Notes under the pieces: model-generated
The model's database searches: none
The model's input: only the letters and a program-made list of their open reading frames with translations
Told to the model about the DNA's origin: nothing
Shown: positions 19,440 to 30,151 of the stretch, piece by piece
Numbering within the stretch: position 1 is the stretch's first letter
How the letters are laid out: each line of letters begins with the position of its first letter
DNA from: Patescibacteria group bacterium
GTDB taxonomy: Bacteria; Patescibacteriota; Microgenomatia; Levybacterales; UBA12049
NCBI GenBank assembly: GCA_038064195.1
Contig: JBBTTO010000002.1
Location: 466,387 to 530,386, forward strand
Reading direction: 5' to 3'
DNA length: 64,000 nucleotides
Translations under genes and position numbers: made by a program

Positions 19440-20414
19440 ATGAAGATACTTGTAACAGGCGGTGCGGGCTATATCGGAAGCTTTATGGTAAAGCGTCTGC
19501 TTGATGACGGTTATGAGGTGGTTGTGCTTGACAGCATGGAGCGGGGCTACGTTGAAGCACTTGACCCGCGAGCCACCTTTGTTAAAGGCACGACGTTGGA
19601 TAAGGTATTCCTCCAGCTGGTTTTTGCAGAACACTCCTTTGATGCAGTTTTTCATTTTGCAGCCTATATTTCAGTTGCCGAATCAGTTGATCGTCCGGGC
19701 CTTTATTTTGCTAACAATGTTTTCGGTACTCTTAATCTCTTGGAGCAAATGGTTAAGCATAAGGTAAGCCGTATTATTTTCTCCTCCACTGCTGCCGTCT
19801 ATGGTAACCCTCAGCAGATCCCGATCCCCGAGGATCATCCCAAAGTCCCTGAGAATCCTTATGGTGAGAGTAAGCTGATGGTTGAGCATATACTTTCCTG
19901 GTTTCAAAGATCGCATAATATCCGTTATGTTGCTTTTCGCTATTTTAATGCCTCAGGTGCGGCTTTGGATGGGAGTATGGGGGAGAGGCACGAGCCCGAG
20001 ACCCACATCATCCCCAACGCTATTAAAGCGCTCCTTAATAAGAAAACTTTCACCCTTTATGGTAACGACTACGATACCCCGGATCATACGTGTGTGAGAG
20101 ATTATATTCATGTTCTGGATCTGGTTGAAGCTCATATAGTCGGTCTCAATAAAATTCTGCAAGTTGAGGGTGGACACACCTATAATGTAGGGACGGGAAA
20201 AGGTTTTTCTAATAAAGAGATCATTGATATGATTGAGGAAGTGGCCGGAGAGCAGCTCGTTATCGAGCAAGCGCCACGTCGGCCGGGAGATGCTGACGAA
20301 TTGACTGCTGATCCGACCAGGATTAAAAATGATCTCGGGTTTGTCCCGAGTTACTCTGATCTTAAAACTATTATTTCTTCTGCCTGGAAATGGCATAGTC
20401 AGCGTCATCCTTGA
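19440..20414 (+). CDS. galE: UDP-glucose 4-epimerase
   Basis: N-terminal GGAGYIGS Rossmann motif and catalytic YGESK (YxxxK). 324 aa, typical for GalE. Confidence 0.85.
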   Translation: MKILVTGGAGYIGSFMVKRLLDDGYEVVVLDSMERGYVEALDPRATFVKGTTLDKVFLQLVFAEHSFDAVFHFAAYISVAESVDRPGLYFANNVFGTLNLLEQMVKHKVSRIIFSSTAAVYGNPQQIPIPEDHPKVPENPYGESKLMVEHILSWFQRSHNIRYVAFRYFNASGAALDGSMGERHEPETHIIPNAIKALLNKKTFTLYGNDYDTPDHTCVRDYIHVLDLVEAHIVGLNKILQVEGGHTYNVGTGKGFSNKEIIDMIEEVAGEQLVIEQAPRRPGDADELTADPTRIKNDLGFVPSYSDLKTIISSAWKWHSQRHP

Positions 20415-20452
20415 TGAGCTTCTTTGTCTTCTCCTCTTTACCTCAAAAGCGC

Positions 20453-20458
20453 TATAAT
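20453..20458 (+). promoter_or_regulatory. TATAAT −10 box, 14 nt upstream of the GT4 start at 20473
   Basis: Perfect TATAAT in a 58-nt gap. Confidence 0.3.
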
Positions 20459-20472
20459 AAAGATGCTGACGT

Positions 20473-21510
20473 ATGAAAATAGCAATTGATATCTCTCCTC
20501 TTGAGTCAGGGCACAAAGTTCGTGGCGTAGGATTTTATTTATTACATCTCAAGAAGGCTTTAGAGGAGATCTCTTCTCCCCACGAGTTTATTTATTTTAC
20601 AGGTACGGCGCCGGGGGATGCGGATTTGGTTCATTATCCCTACTTCGATCCGTTTTTTATAACCTTACCTCTCCATAAGAGACTCCCGACAGTCATCACT
20701 ATTCATGATTTAACACCTATTGTCTTTTCCAAGCATTTCCCCTCCGGTATAAAAGGGAGTCTTAATTGGCAGCTCAATAAGAAATTGGTCCGACGAATAG
20801 ATCATGTGATTACAGATTCTGATTCATCTACCCGCGATGTTATAAAGTATATCGGCCTGCCGGATTCTAAAGTATCATCTGTCTATTTAGCAGCCGGCGA
20901 AGAATTCAGAAGATCATCAAAGACCAAAGATCTAAGAACAAAATACAATCTGCCTGACAAATTTGCCCTTTATGTAGGTGATATCACGTGGAACAAGAAC
21001 TTACCTAGGATCATCCAAGCCGCAGAGGAGGCAGAAATACCGCTTATTTTGGTAGGTAAATCAATTACGGAAAAGAATTTTGACAGGAAAAATCCGTGGA
21101 ATAAAGACCGCCTCCAGGTGCAGGAGCTTTTAAGCCAAGCAAAGTATGCCAAAGCCTTAGGCTTTATTGATACTGACGATCTGGTCGGGCTATACAACCT
21201 GGCAGCTGTTCTTATGATGCCCTCTCTTTATGAGGGTTTCGGTTTGCCTGTCCTTGAGGCAATGCAGTCCGGGTGTCCTGTCATAACCTCAAAAGAGGGA
21301 TCTCTTACAGAGGTGGCAGGGGATGCGGCCTACTTTGTCGATGCATATGACGCAGAAAGTATCTCACAGGGACTGATTACTGTTTTCAAGTCTGCAAAGC
21401 TCCAGGCAGAATTATCTAAAAAAGGCCTCGTGAGAGCCAGGGCTTTTTCTTGGGGGAAAACCGCTGCCCAAACACTTTCAGTCTATGAGAGTGTTTTGGT
21501 TCACAAATAA
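20473..21510 (+). CDS. GT4 glycosyltransferase
   Basis: YEGFGLPVLEAMQSGCPVI is the E-X7-E motif. Its N-terminal domain resembles those of 50395 and the 41599 fragment. Confidence 0.85.
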   Translation: MKIAIDISPLESGHKVRGVGFYLLHLKKALEEISSPHEFIYFTGTAPGDADLVHYPYFDPFFITLPLHKRLPTVITIHDLTPIVFSKHFPSGIKGSLNWQLNKKLVRRIDHVITDSDSSTRDVIKYIGLPDSKVSSVYLAAGEEFRRSSKTKDLRTKYNLPDKFALYVGDITWNKNLPRIIQAAEEAEIPLILVGKSITEKNFDRKNPWNKDRLQVQELLSQAKYAKALGFIDTDDLVGLYNLAAVLMMPSLYEGFGLPVLEAMQSGCPVITSKEGSLTEVAGDAAYFVDAYDAESISQGLITVFKSAKLQAELSKKGLVRARAFSWGKTAAQTLSVYESVLVHK

Positions 21511-21517
21511 TAACAAA

Positions 21518-22786
21518 ATGACAGAACGTATAAAATCTTTGATAAAACATCCGGTAGTTGCCGGTAGCTCCGTGATATTCTTAGGTTCGTTCGGAGCTAA
21601 TTTTATTAACTATCTCTTCAACCTCTTTATGGGCAGGGTGCTCTCAGTTGATGACTATGGACTCCTTACCTCTCTCAATTCTCTTTTTATTCTTGTCGGG
21701 ATTTTTAGTGTCTCATTCGGAAGTGTTGTCACTAAATTTTCTGCCAAATATTACAGCTCTGGTGATATCCCCTCGGCTGCAGTTCTGGTAAGACACACGG
21801 GGAAATTCGTTCTTATTTTTTCATCGGCACTTACTCTCATACTCCTGATGCTCACTCCTCAGATAGCTGCATTTCTGCATATTACAAACTATGTTTACAT
21901 AGATCTGATCTTAGGCGCGCTCTTTTTTTCGCTTATTCTCTCAATACCGGCAGGATTTATACAGGGTAGACTGCAATTTCTTCTTTTATCATTTGTCACT
22001 ATTATTCAGCCGGCGTTGAAGATTGTTATCGCTCTTGTTTTGCTTTTTTTAGGTTTTTCAGTTCTCGGTCCGATTATTGCGATTGCCCTCTCAACCGCTA
22101 TTCCCGCAGTAGGGTTGTATTTTTATTTGCTTAAGAAATACTCAAGATCAGCACATGGATATACAAAGATTGACCCAACATTTAAAAAAGAATTTATTCA
22201 TTATATATATACGTATTTCCTTTCAGGCATTGGCCTTTCTCTTCTTTCAAATACTGATATTATTCTTGTTCGCCATTTTTTTACCGCACAAACGGCTGGT
22301 CAATACGCAGCTCTTTCACTTATGGGTAAAGTGATTTTTTACTTTACTGCTCCTGTTACAATAGTTTTTTTTCCAATTATTGCCTATAAAAAAGAACGAA
22401 GAGAACGTTTGCTGGGAACTGTTTTATTAGCATCAGGAGGTGTAGTTGGTGTTTCAGTATTGATGTCTCTGTTCTATTTTGCTTTTCCGCAAATTGTCCT
22501 CAGTGTTTTCTTTCCAAAGCCCGGGTATCAGGTGTTGACTCAGTATCTCGGGTACTACTCACTCTATATTTTGATATTTGCCTTCGCTTCGCTTCTTAAC
22601 AGTTATTTTCTTTCAATCGGTAAGACAAGGGTTTATATTATTACGCTTATCGGTGCTGTAATTCAGATCGGAAGTATCCTGCTCTTTCATTCTTCAATCT
22701 ACGAGATCATTATCGGGCTATTCAGCTCGTCTTTCGTCATGTTATTATTGTTCTTAATTTATTATTACTTACATGGAGAAGATTAA
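21518..22786 (+). CDS. Wzx-like oligosaccharide-lipid flippase (MOP/PST family)
   Basis: About 423 aa with 12–14 hydrophobic helices, lying inside a GT-rich O-antigen-like block. I chose the ATG after the upstream stop; the ORF-track start at 21485 overlaps the upstream gene. Confidence 0.6.
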   Translation: MTERIKSLIKHPVVAGSSVIFLGSFGANFINYLFNLFMGRVLSVDDYGLLTSLNSLFILVGIFSVSFGSVVTKFSAKYYSSGDIPSAAVLVRHTGKFVLIFSSALTLILLMLTPQIAAFLHITNYVYIDLILGALFFSLILSIPAGFIQGRLQFLLLSFVTIIQPALKIVIALVLLFLGFSVLGPIIAIALSTAIPAVGLYFYLLKKYSRSAHGYTKIDPTFKKEFIHYIYTYFLSGIGLSLLSNTDIILVRHFFTAQTAGQYAALSLMGKVIFYFTAPVTIVFFPIIAYKKERRERLLGTVLLASGGVVGVSVLMSLFYFAFPQIVLSVFFPKPGYQVLTQYLGYYSLYILIFAFASLLNSYFLSIGKTRVYIITLIGAVIQIGSILLFHSSIYEIIIGLFSSSFVMLLLFLIYYYLHGED

Positions 22787-23555
22787 AACCATTTCACTCG
22801 TTGTCCCAACCTTTAAACAGGAAAGTTCAATTATAGAAAATATCAATTCTCTGGAAGCAGCCCTGAAAGAGCTCCCATATAGATATGAGATTGTTATTGT
22901 TGTGGATGGATTTTTGGATAATACGTATAATTTGGTAAAGAAGTTACGTCGACGTCACGTACGGGTTTTGGGTTATGAATCAAATAAAGGCAAAGGCTTT
23001 GCCGTTCGTTTTGGTATGCTTCAGGCAAAAGGAGACGTGATCGGTTTTATAGACGGCGGGATGGATATCGATCCGACCAGTATCTCAATGCTTGTCAACC
23101 ATTTTATCTGGTATGACGCGGATATTGTCATCGGGAGCAAGCTTCATCCCGTCTCACAGGTTAATTATCCGTTTATCAGAAAAGTTCTTTCCTGGGGATA
23201 TAGATCAATGATACGGATCATGTTTGGTTTGAAGGTAAGAGATACTCAGGTTGGGATGAAACTTTTCAGACGGGAAGTTGTCAGAGACGTTTTTCCGAGA
23301 CTTCTTGTCAAGCATTTTGCTTTTGATATTGAGATACTGGCTGTTGCTTACTCAAGAGGGTTCAAGCGAATTTTTGAGGCTCCTGTTAAAATTATCTTTA
23401 CCAATAAGAGCTCTATTGCAGGAAATAGTTTTAGTTCTGTATTAAGTAAATCGTTTTGGGAAGCTATCATGCATATGATGTGGGATACTTTTGCTGTTTT
23501 TTACCGTCTCAAAATCCTCAATTATTACAACAAACAGCAAGTACGTGCTCTATGA
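22773..23555 (+). CDS. GT2 glycosyltransferase
   Basis: ISLVVPTFKQESSI...IVIVVDGFLDNT and FIDGGMDIDP are GT-A motifs. Confidence 0.75.
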   Translation: MEKIKTISLVVPTFKQESSIIENINSLEAALKELPYRYEIVIVVDGFLDNTYNLVKKLRRRHVRVLGYESNKGKGFAVRFGMLQAKGDVIGFIDGGMDIDPTSISMLVNHFIWYDADIVIGSKLHPVSQVNYPFIRKVLSWGYRSMIRIMFGLKVRDTQVGMKLFRREVVRDVFPRLLVKHFAFDIEILAVAYSRGFKRIFEAPVKIIFTNKSSIAGNSFSSVLSKSFWEAIMHMMWDTFAVFYRLKILNYYNKQQVRAL

Positions 23556-24646
23556 ACATCCTAATCTTGAACTGGAGAGATCCGAAGAATCCCAAGAGTG
23601 GTGGAGCTGAGATAGTGACTCTCGAGCATGCCAGGGCATGGGTCAAAGCGGGGCATACGGTTGAGTGGTTTACGAGTAGATTCGCAGGAGCACCACAAAG
23701 AGAAATAATCGATGGGGTGACCATCATTCGGAAAGGAGGAAGTCTCACCAATTTTTTCTATGCGCCTTTTTTTTACCTTTCAAGAAAAAATAACTACGAT
23801 GTGGTCGTTGATGAGATACATGGCCTCCCATACTTTACTCCGCTGTACGTAAAAGAACCAATTATTGCATTTATTCATGAGGTAGCAGGGGAGATATGGG
23901 ATTATATGTATCCATTTCCCATAAATAAAATTGGTAAATTTATTGAGTCACGATATTTTCATTTATATAAAGTCATACCCTTTTGGACTGATGCACCTTC
24001 GACAATTGATGATTTATCTAAATATGGGATTGCAAGAGAGAATTGCGTAGCAATACCGTGTCCAATAAGCAATAATTCTCAACAATTATCGTTTGTGAAG
24101 GAAAAAAAACCAACATTTATTTTCGTCAGTCGTTTGGTAAAGATGAAAGGTGTAGAGGATGTCATTAAAGCTTTTAAAGAAATTGTTGTGATTGAGTCAA
24201 AAGCAAAACTTTGGATTGTTGGTGGAGGGGAAGAGAACTACGTTGTATTTCTAAAAAGTTTGGTTAAAAAATTGGGGCTAGAGAAGCAGGTTAGATTTTA
24301 TGGAAAAGTGACAGATGCCAAAAAAAAGGAGCTGATGAGGAAGGCGCATCTTCTCCTTCACGCATCAGTAAAAGAAGGGTGGGGGCTAGTTGTTGTTGAA
24401 GCGGCCAGTCAGATGACCCCGAGCGTTGTCTATAACGTCTCAGGATTGAAAGACTCAGTCAAAGATCAACAAACAGGCATACTTACTAAAGAAAATACAC
24501 CAGAGGCATTAGCAGAAGCGGCTATTAGCCTTATTAATGATAAAACAAATTATCAAAGACTACAAAAAAATGCGGTAGCATGGGCCACATCTCTGACGTG
24601 GGAGGATGCAACCCAAAAAAGTCTCAAACTACTTGAATCACTATGA
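23552..24646 (+). CDS. GT4 glycosyltransferase
   Basis: KEGWGLVVVEAASQMTP is the E-X7-E motif region. I placed the start at the ATG overlapping the upstream stop (ATGA); the ORF-track extension at 23456 is rejected. Confidence 0.8.
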   Translation: MNILILNWRDPKNPKSGGAEIVTLEHARAWVKAGHTVEWFTSRFAGAPQREIIDGVTIIRKGGSLTNFFYAPFFYLSRKNNYDVVVDEIHGLPYFTPLYVKEPIIAFIHEVAGEIWDYMYPFPINKIGKFIESRYFHLYKVIPFWTDAPSTIDDLSKYGIARENCVAIPCPISNNSQQLSFVKEKKPTFIFVSRLVKMKGVEDVIKAFKEIVVIESKAKLWIVGGGEENYVVFLKSLVKKLGLEKQVRFYGKVTDAKKKELMRKAHLLLHASVKEGWGLVVVEAASQMTPSVVYNVSGLKDSVKDQQTGILTKENTPEALAEAAISLINDKTNYQRLQKNAVAWATSLTWEDATQKSLKLLESL

Positions 24647-25479
24647 GGCAAGCAAAAGTATCAATATCAATTCCAACTTACAATAGCGCAATATTTCTCA
24701 AAAAATGTTTAGAAGCAATCGCGCAGCAGTCCTATGCAAATATTGAGGTAAACATTGTTGATGGGGAGTCACATGACGGGACCGTAGCTATTGCCAGAGA
24801 GCACGGTGTTAAAAATATCTTCACTTGTAAGGATGCATTACTTTCGGCTCGATTTGAGGGCGTTTGGCATTCCAAAGGGGATTTTGTTTTATTGTTGGAT
24901 AGTGATCAGATTCTTAACAAATCAGCCATTGCAAGAGCAGTCCAACTTTGCGAGAAAGAAGATTTTGATATGTTAGTTTTGGAAGAGGGCGTGTACAACC
25001 CTCAATCATTTATAGAGAGATTATTTCAGCAGGACAGAAAGCTGATCCATCAGGTAAAAGATTTTAGTCCATTTACTGGTGTAGTTCTTCCGAGGTTTTA
25101 TCGTAAGAGTTTATTGCTAAAAGCAATGAAGAATATTCCTGAAGAAACCAGAAAAGCTGTTGGTGGTCAGGATCATGCTATTATCTACTTTGAAGCATGG
25201 AATATCAGTCAAAAAGTCGGTTTTCTTCCTGATGCCGTTTTACACATAGAACCTAATTCACTTAAAACCATTTGGAAAAAATTTTATCGTTGGGGGGGAA
25301 CGAGTGTCGGGGCACGTTATGGTAAGTATGATGAGATGTTAAACAAAAAAGAACGCTTCCGAACGGGACTTTTTAAGAAAGGACTCATGAGAGAAAGTCT
25401 GGCATCAATTCTTTTGTTAATTCTCAAAGGGGTACCTTACAAATTAGGTTATTATCGAGCAAAATTATCAACAAAATAA
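24643..25479 (+). CDS. GT2 glycosyltransferase
   Basis: VSISIPTYNSAIFLKKCLEAIAQQSY...VNIVDGESHDGT and LLDSDQ motifs. Confidence 0.8.
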   Translation: MRQAKVSISIPTYNSAIFLKKCLEAIAQQSYANIEVNIVDGESHDGTVAIAREHGVKNIFTCKDALLSARFEGVWHSKGDFVLLLDSDQILNKSAIARAVQLCEKEDFDMLVLEEGVYNPQSFIERLFQQDRKLIHQVKDFSPFTGVVLPRFYRKSLLLKAMKNIPEETRKAVGGQDHAIIYFEAWNISQKVGFLPDAVLHIEPNSLKTIWKKFYRWGGTSVGARYGKYDEMLNKKERFRTGLFKKGLMRESLASILLLILKGVPYKLGYYRAKLSTK

Positions 25480-25480
25480 C

Positions 25481-26389
25481 ATGCCTGCAAAACCTGAAGT
25501 ATCTATCGTTATTCCAACAAGAAATCGACAAAACCAACTCAAGAGACTTCTTGCCTCGATTTCTCAGTCTATGTATAAAGATTATGAAATCATCATAGTC
25601 AATGACGGGACTGATACATTGTCATTACCAAACAGCAGGCACATACATATTATAGATAATAACTCAAATAAAGGCCTGGCTTTCTCGCGAACGAGAGGGG
25701 CCCAAGAAGCGAGAGGTGAGTATGTTCTTTTTATAGATGATGACAATGTTATTAATAGGGACATGCTAAGGATATTGGTTACTGCTCTTATGAATCACAG
25801 TACACTACTTGCCGTTGGCCCTGCGACTTATTATCTTTCAAATAAAAGTAAAATTTGGTTTCTTGGCTCAAAAATGAATTTGTTGACATCAATGCCGATC
25901 TTTAAGAGGCAATACCAGAAAGAAGAGCTTATTGCAGGTAATTTACTTATAACTGAGAACCTCCATAACTGCTTTATGGTGCGTAAAAAACAGGGAGACA
26001 AAGTAGGATGGTTCGACCCGTTCGTTTTTATGAATGGTACGGAGTTTGATCTTTTTCAAAGAATTAAGAGGCAATATCCCAGTATGATTTTGGCGGCTGT
26101 TACCGATGCTATGTGCTTCCATGATGTACCTGAGTTTCATAACGATCTTCTGAGAAGCATGGGTTTTGAGAACAAACGGCGTGTGTATTATTTCCAGCGA
26201 AATAGAGGGCTGCATGTTGGGAGGTATGGTCGGCTGCTTGATAAGCTGAGTTTGTTAGTTGTTTTTTATCCTCTGTTTTTGATTGTTTATTCGTTCCTGT
26301 TCTTGTACTATAGACGAGGTGATTTTTTTCTGGCTCATATAAGAGCGACATTCGACGGATATAGACTACTCTTACGTACATTTATTTAG
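25481..26389 (+). CDS. GT2 glycosyltransferase
   Basis: VSIVIPTRNRQNQLKRLLASI...IIIVNDGTD and FIDDDN motifs. Confidence 0.8.
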   Translation: MPAKPEVSIVIPTRNRQNQLKRLLASISQSMYKDYEIIIVNDGTDTLSLPNSRHIHIIDNNSNKGLAFSRTRGAQEARGEYVLFIDDDNVINRDMLRILVTALMNHSTLLAVGPATYYLSNKSKIWFLGSKMNLLTSMPIFKRQYQKEELIAGNLLITENLHNCFMVRKKQGDKVGWFDPFVFMNGTEFDLFQRIKRQYPSMILAAVTDAMCFHDVPEFHNDLLRSMGFENKRRVYYFQRNRGLHVGRYGRLLDKLSLLVVFYPLFLIVYSFLFLYYRRGDFFLAHIRATFDGYRLLLRTFI

Positions 26390-26391
26390 CT

Positions 26392-28275
26392 ATGTGTGGA
26401 ATACTTGGAGTATTAACAAAAGATAATTCGGGATCGGAGCTTTTTAGAGATGCTCTTCAGACTTTGTCGCATCGAGGGCCTGATTCTGAAGGTATTAAAG
26501 AGTTTCCTAATAAAAAAAGTAAATTAATTCTTGGTCAGAAAAGGCTGGCAATTATTGACCTGAATCCGAGCGCAAATCAGCCAATGGCTGATGTAACGGG
26601 GAGATACTGGATCACCTTCAATGGCGAAATTTACAATTATTTGGAGCTCAAGGATGCCCTTATCAAAAAAGGGCATAGATTCCGTACCAAGTCTGACACT
26701 GAGGTGGTTCTTGAAGGATATAAAGAGTATGGAATAAAAATAGTAGAAAAACTGCGGGGAATGTTTGCCTTCGGCTTATTTGACAAGAACCGTAATTCGC
26801 TTATTCTTGCGCGTGATCACTTTGGCAAGAAGCCAGTATATTACTACCATGATAAAGATACTCTCGTTTTCGGCTCGGAAGTTAAGGCTCTCGTTGCATT
26901 CTTGAAAAACAAACAGCCTCTATCTATAGACCAACAAGCAGTCATAAAATTTCTCATGTATGGGTATATCCCCTCTCCAAGAAGTATTTATAATGAAATT
27001 AAAAAACTTCCCGCAGCGACAGTACAGGAGATTGATCTCACTACCTTAAAAATAGTAAAGAATATCAAATTTTGGAATCCTCAGGAAATTACATTAAATG
27101 ATATTTCTTTCGATGAGGCCGTTGCTAAAACAGATCAACTTTTACAAGATGCAGTAAAAAAGAGATTGATAGCCGATGTCCCGGTGGGCAGCTTTTTATC
27201 AGGAGGAATAGACAGCAGCTTGGTTACGACAATTGCCGCCAAATTTCATCCGGGTATAGAGACATTCAGTGTAGTCTATAGTGATAAAAGATTCGATGAG
27301 TCAGAGTATGTGAAAATGGTAGGGAGTAGATTGCCAATAAAATATAACCTTTTTAACTTTAAAGATAGTTACGCACTTCCTTTATTGAAGGAAATTTTAT
27401 CACTCATGGATGAACCAATGGCTGACGCTTCATTACTCCCTACGACATTTGTTGCTAAGCAAACGAGAAAAAAAGTTACCGTGGCTCTCAGTGGAGATGG
27501 GGGAGATGAGCTATTCGGAGGTTATCCAAAATATAATGCCCAGAAATTATTTGATAAAAAATTTCTTTTTTTACTCATGAGAGCAGGTAGGGGAGCTGAC
27601 AAGATAATTGATCATCTGCCTATTGATCCTGTAAAAAAAAATATCTATAGAAAACTTCTAGAGGGAGTCGATTTAAGTACCTATAGCCGGCATTTCGTAT
27701 GGGGAAGTGGAAGCTTCACTTTCAGTGAGTTAAAGAAATTACTATCGGTAAATACAGTGATTTCAGAAGAGGAGATCTTCTCTGAAAGCAAAACTTTTTT
27801 TGACAGTTTTAAACAAGTAGATTCCGGGAATAGAATTCTTTTTCTGGATGCCATGATTCAGCTTCCGGACTGGTATCTCGTTAAAGCAGATCGAGGATCT
27901 ATGTCTCAATCTCTTGAGGTCCGTAGTCCATTTCTTGATGCAGATTTAGCGGAGTTCGTGATGGCTCTTCCATCAAGGTATAAGTATTCGATCGCAAAAA
28001 ATAAAATTCTTCTTAAAAAACTTGCGGGAAAATACCTGCCGCTTGAGGTTATTGATCGTAAAAAAATGGGGTTTGGTCTCCCTTTGAATAAATGGCTAAC
28101 TAATAACTTCAGGGGTGAGGTTGAGGAATCGCTTGCATCACTTCCTGAAGACATGTTTAATAGAGAATATATTCTTTCCCTCTGGGAAGAACTGCGATCA
28201 GGCAAGGCAGATAATGGTACGAAAATCTGGAGATTATTTATATTAGGATCATTTTTACAAAATCATGTCAACTAA
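26392..28275 (+). CDS. asnB: Asparagine synthetase B-like glutamine-dependent amidotransferase (WbpS-like sugar amidotransferase candidate)
   Basis: MCGILGV with the catalytic Cys2 of Ntn amidotransferases. SGGIDSS PP-loop ATP pyrophosphatase motif. 627 aa. Confidence 0.8.
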   Translation: MCGILGVLTKDNSGSELFRDALQTLSHRGPDSEGIKEFPNKKSKLILGQKRLAIIDLNPSANQPMADVTGRYWITFNGEIYNYLELKDALIKKGHRFRTKSDTEVVLEGYKEYGIKIVEKLRGMFAFGLFDKNRNSLILARDHFGKKPVYYYHDKDTLVFGSEVKALVAFLKNKQPLSIDQQAVIKFLMYGYIPSPRSIYNEIKKLPAATVQEIDLTTLKIVKNIKFWNPQEITLNDISFDEAVAKTDQLLQDAVKKRLIADVPVGSFLSGGIDSSLVTTIAAKFHPGIETFSVVYSDKRFDESEYVKMVGSRLPIKYNLFNFKDSYALPLLKEILSLMDEPMADASLLPTTFVAKQTRKKVTVALSGDGGDELFGGYPKYNAQKLFDKKFLFLLMRAGRGADKIIDHLPIDPVKKNIYRKLLEGVDLSTYSRHFVWGSGSFTFSELKKLLSVNTVISEEEIFSESKTFFDSFKQVDSGNRILFLDAMIQLPDWYLVKADRGSMSQSLEVRSPFLDADLAEFVMALPSRYKYSIAKNKILLKKLAGKYLPLEVIDRKKMGFGLPLNKWLTNNFRGEVEESLASLPEDMFNREYILSLWEELRSGKADNGTKIWRLFILGSFLQNHVN

Positions 28276-29059
28276 TTACAAAGAGCTAAACGAAGGAAGA
28301 TATACAACTCTTCATGATTACACAAATCTTTCTTTACTGGAGAGAATCTATTTTAATTTTTCGCCTGGGACAATTGTTCTACGGCGCTTATTTCGAATTT
28401 TAGATGATTACCTTCGAAAATCTAGTATAAAAAAAACTAAAATTCTTGATGTTGGTTGTGGAGGGGGGATGAAAGAACTTGCTCTTCGCGGAGAGGTTAC
28501 CGGCATTGATATTAGTGATTCCAGTCTGAGAAATGCGAAGAAAATTTATAAAAAAGCAATAGCGTATGATCTTTCGAAACGCTATCCTTTTCCTGATGAG
28601 TCTTTTGATATTGTATTCTGTTCAGAAGTGTATGGACATATTGATGTAAATGATAAAGATCATTTTATTGATGAAATAAAGAGAGTGCTAAAAAAAGATG
28701 GTTTTTTTATCTTCTCCATAGAGACAGATGGCAATAACTGGCTGACTCGCTACCTCAGGAGAAAAAAATTATACCAAAAGTTATGGATAGACTTCGACGG
28801 CCATATTGGCTTGGAAACTCCGCAACGAACGATTGGCAGATTTAAGAAAAGGTTCAAGAAGGTAGAGTATCTGGTAAATAATACCTCTGTATTTACAGTA
28901 GATGAATTGGCGTCCATTTTCCCAAGTATTGCTCGTATAACTAAAAATACATCGATCAGACGAATTATCAATTTATCTCTTGCTCCATTCTACGAATTGT
29001 CGATCAGAGTGACAAATCTGTCCTCAGCAAACAATATCTGCGTCTATGGCAAAAAATAA
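28265..29059 (+). CDS. Class I SAM-dependent methyltransferase
   Basis: ILDVGCGGGM (motif I) and a downstream acidic residue. 264 aa. Confidence 0.7.
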   Translation: MSTNYKELNEGRYTTLHDYTNLSLLERIYFNFSPGTIVLRRLFRILDDYLRKSSIKKTKILDVGCGGGMKELALRGEVTGIDISDSSLRNAKKIYKKAIAYDLSKRYPFPDESFDIVFCSEVYGHIDVNDKDHFIDEIKRVLKKDGFFIFSIETDGNNWLTRYLRRKKLYQKLWIDFDGHIGLETPQRTIGRFKKRFKKVEYLVNNTSVFTVDELASIFPSIARITKNTSIRRIINLSLAPFYELSIRVTNLSSANNICVYGKK

Positions 29060-30086
29060 CCCGCTTCTCTCTATTTGTATTCCCACCTTCAATCGCGCTG
29101 CGTATCTATCTGAGACGATTCAGTCAATTCTGTCGCAGACATATACACATTTTGAACTTATCATTATTAATGACGGATGTACTGACAACACAGAAGATGT
29201 TGTCAAAGGCTATAAAGATAAGAGAATACAATATCTCAAGAATAAAAAAAACTTGGGTTACATTAAGACTATGAATAAGGGAACTATGCTTGCGAAGGCC
29301 GAGTGGGTCATGCATGTCTCAGATGACGATAAGATGCGTCCGACTATGCTTGAGGAAATGGTAGATGCTCTTTGTGAATATAACAATCAGGAGATCGGAT
29401 TCGTCGTGCCTCAATCTGCAAATATTGATCACAAAGGAGAGCTGATTAATGAACCCCCAAAACAACTGGTTAATAAGAAGAGTATTTTATTAAAGCCGAA
29501 AGAATTTATATGTAACTTCACACTTTACGGAAGGAAAATTCGTGATACATATGTTTTTAACACCTCATTTCCTTCAACTCTTTTTAATAAAAAAATTTTG
29601 ATAGAGCTTGGTATGTCCAGTGAGGATGTCCCTGTCTCCCATGACGTTCTGATCGAATCTGAGATTTGTCTTCTCTATCCTGTTTTAGTCGTTGATAAAC
29701 CGCTATTTGAATATAGAGTGCATGAGAACTGGGGCTCCAGTCTAAATCGTAAAGGAACATATGTAACTGAATATGAGCATTTTCTTGAAAAGCTCTTCTC
29801 ATTTATAGACAAAAATAACATCAAGTTTGATTATAATTTTCGTAAATACGCATATCAGGCTCTTACTAACTACATATTTGCTCTTAACGGTGGCCTACTC
29901 AGGCTTTCAGGTAAATATCAGGGATCTTATCAGCAAAGATTGAAGAAAATAGAAGGATATATTTCTTTTGGAGTTTCACATGACAAATTATTACTGGTAT
30001 CGTTGAGGTTTTATATCGTAGTTATGGCATCGCTTTTACCCCAGTCCATAATCATCAGTCTGGGACGATTTTCCAGAAAAACATAG
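29046..30086 (+). CDS. GT2 glycosyltransferase
   Basis: LSICIPTFNRAAYLSETIQSILSQTY...LIIINDGCTDNT and HVSDDD motifs. Confidence 0.8.
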   Translation: MAKNNPLLSICIPTFNRAAYLSETIQSILSQTYTHFELIIINDGCTDNTEDVVKGYKDKRIQYLKNKKNLGYIKTMNKGTMLAKAEWVMHVSDDDKMRPTMLEEMVDALCEYNNQEIGFVVPQSANIDHKGELINEPPKQLVNKKSILLKPKEFICNFTLYGRKIRDTYVFNTSFPSTLFNKKILIELGMSSEDVPVSHDVLIESEICLLYPVLVVDKPLFEYRVHENWGSSLNRKGTYVTEYEHFLEKLFSFIDKNNIKFDYNFRKYAYQALTNYIFALNGGLLRLSGKYQGSYQQRLKKIEGYISFGVSHDKLLLVSLRFYIVVMASLLPQSIIISLGRFSRKT

Positions 30087-30100
30087 AATGACAATAGTAT

Positions 30101-30129
30101 TGACAACACAGAGAAAACAATGAATAATA
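30101..30129 (+). promoter_or_regulatory. Candidate sigma70-type promoter TTGACA-N17-AATAAT upstream of 30152
   Basis: Perfect −35 hexamer with 17-nt spacing to an AATAAT −10. It lies in one of the few 65-nt gaps. Confidence 0.3.
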
Positions 30130-30151
30130 GTCTAGTTAATTAGCTATTTAC

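Noticed and set aside
19953-20516. 187-aa minus-strand ORF, plus similar antisense ORFs at 4174..4524, 5884..6399, 12345..12611 and 28750..28971
   Set aside because: They lie entirely inside well-supported + strand genes (galE, YfhO, GT4, PMT-like, MTase) with clear family motifs. They have no recognisable motifs of their own and look like shadow ORFs in AT-rich coding sequence.
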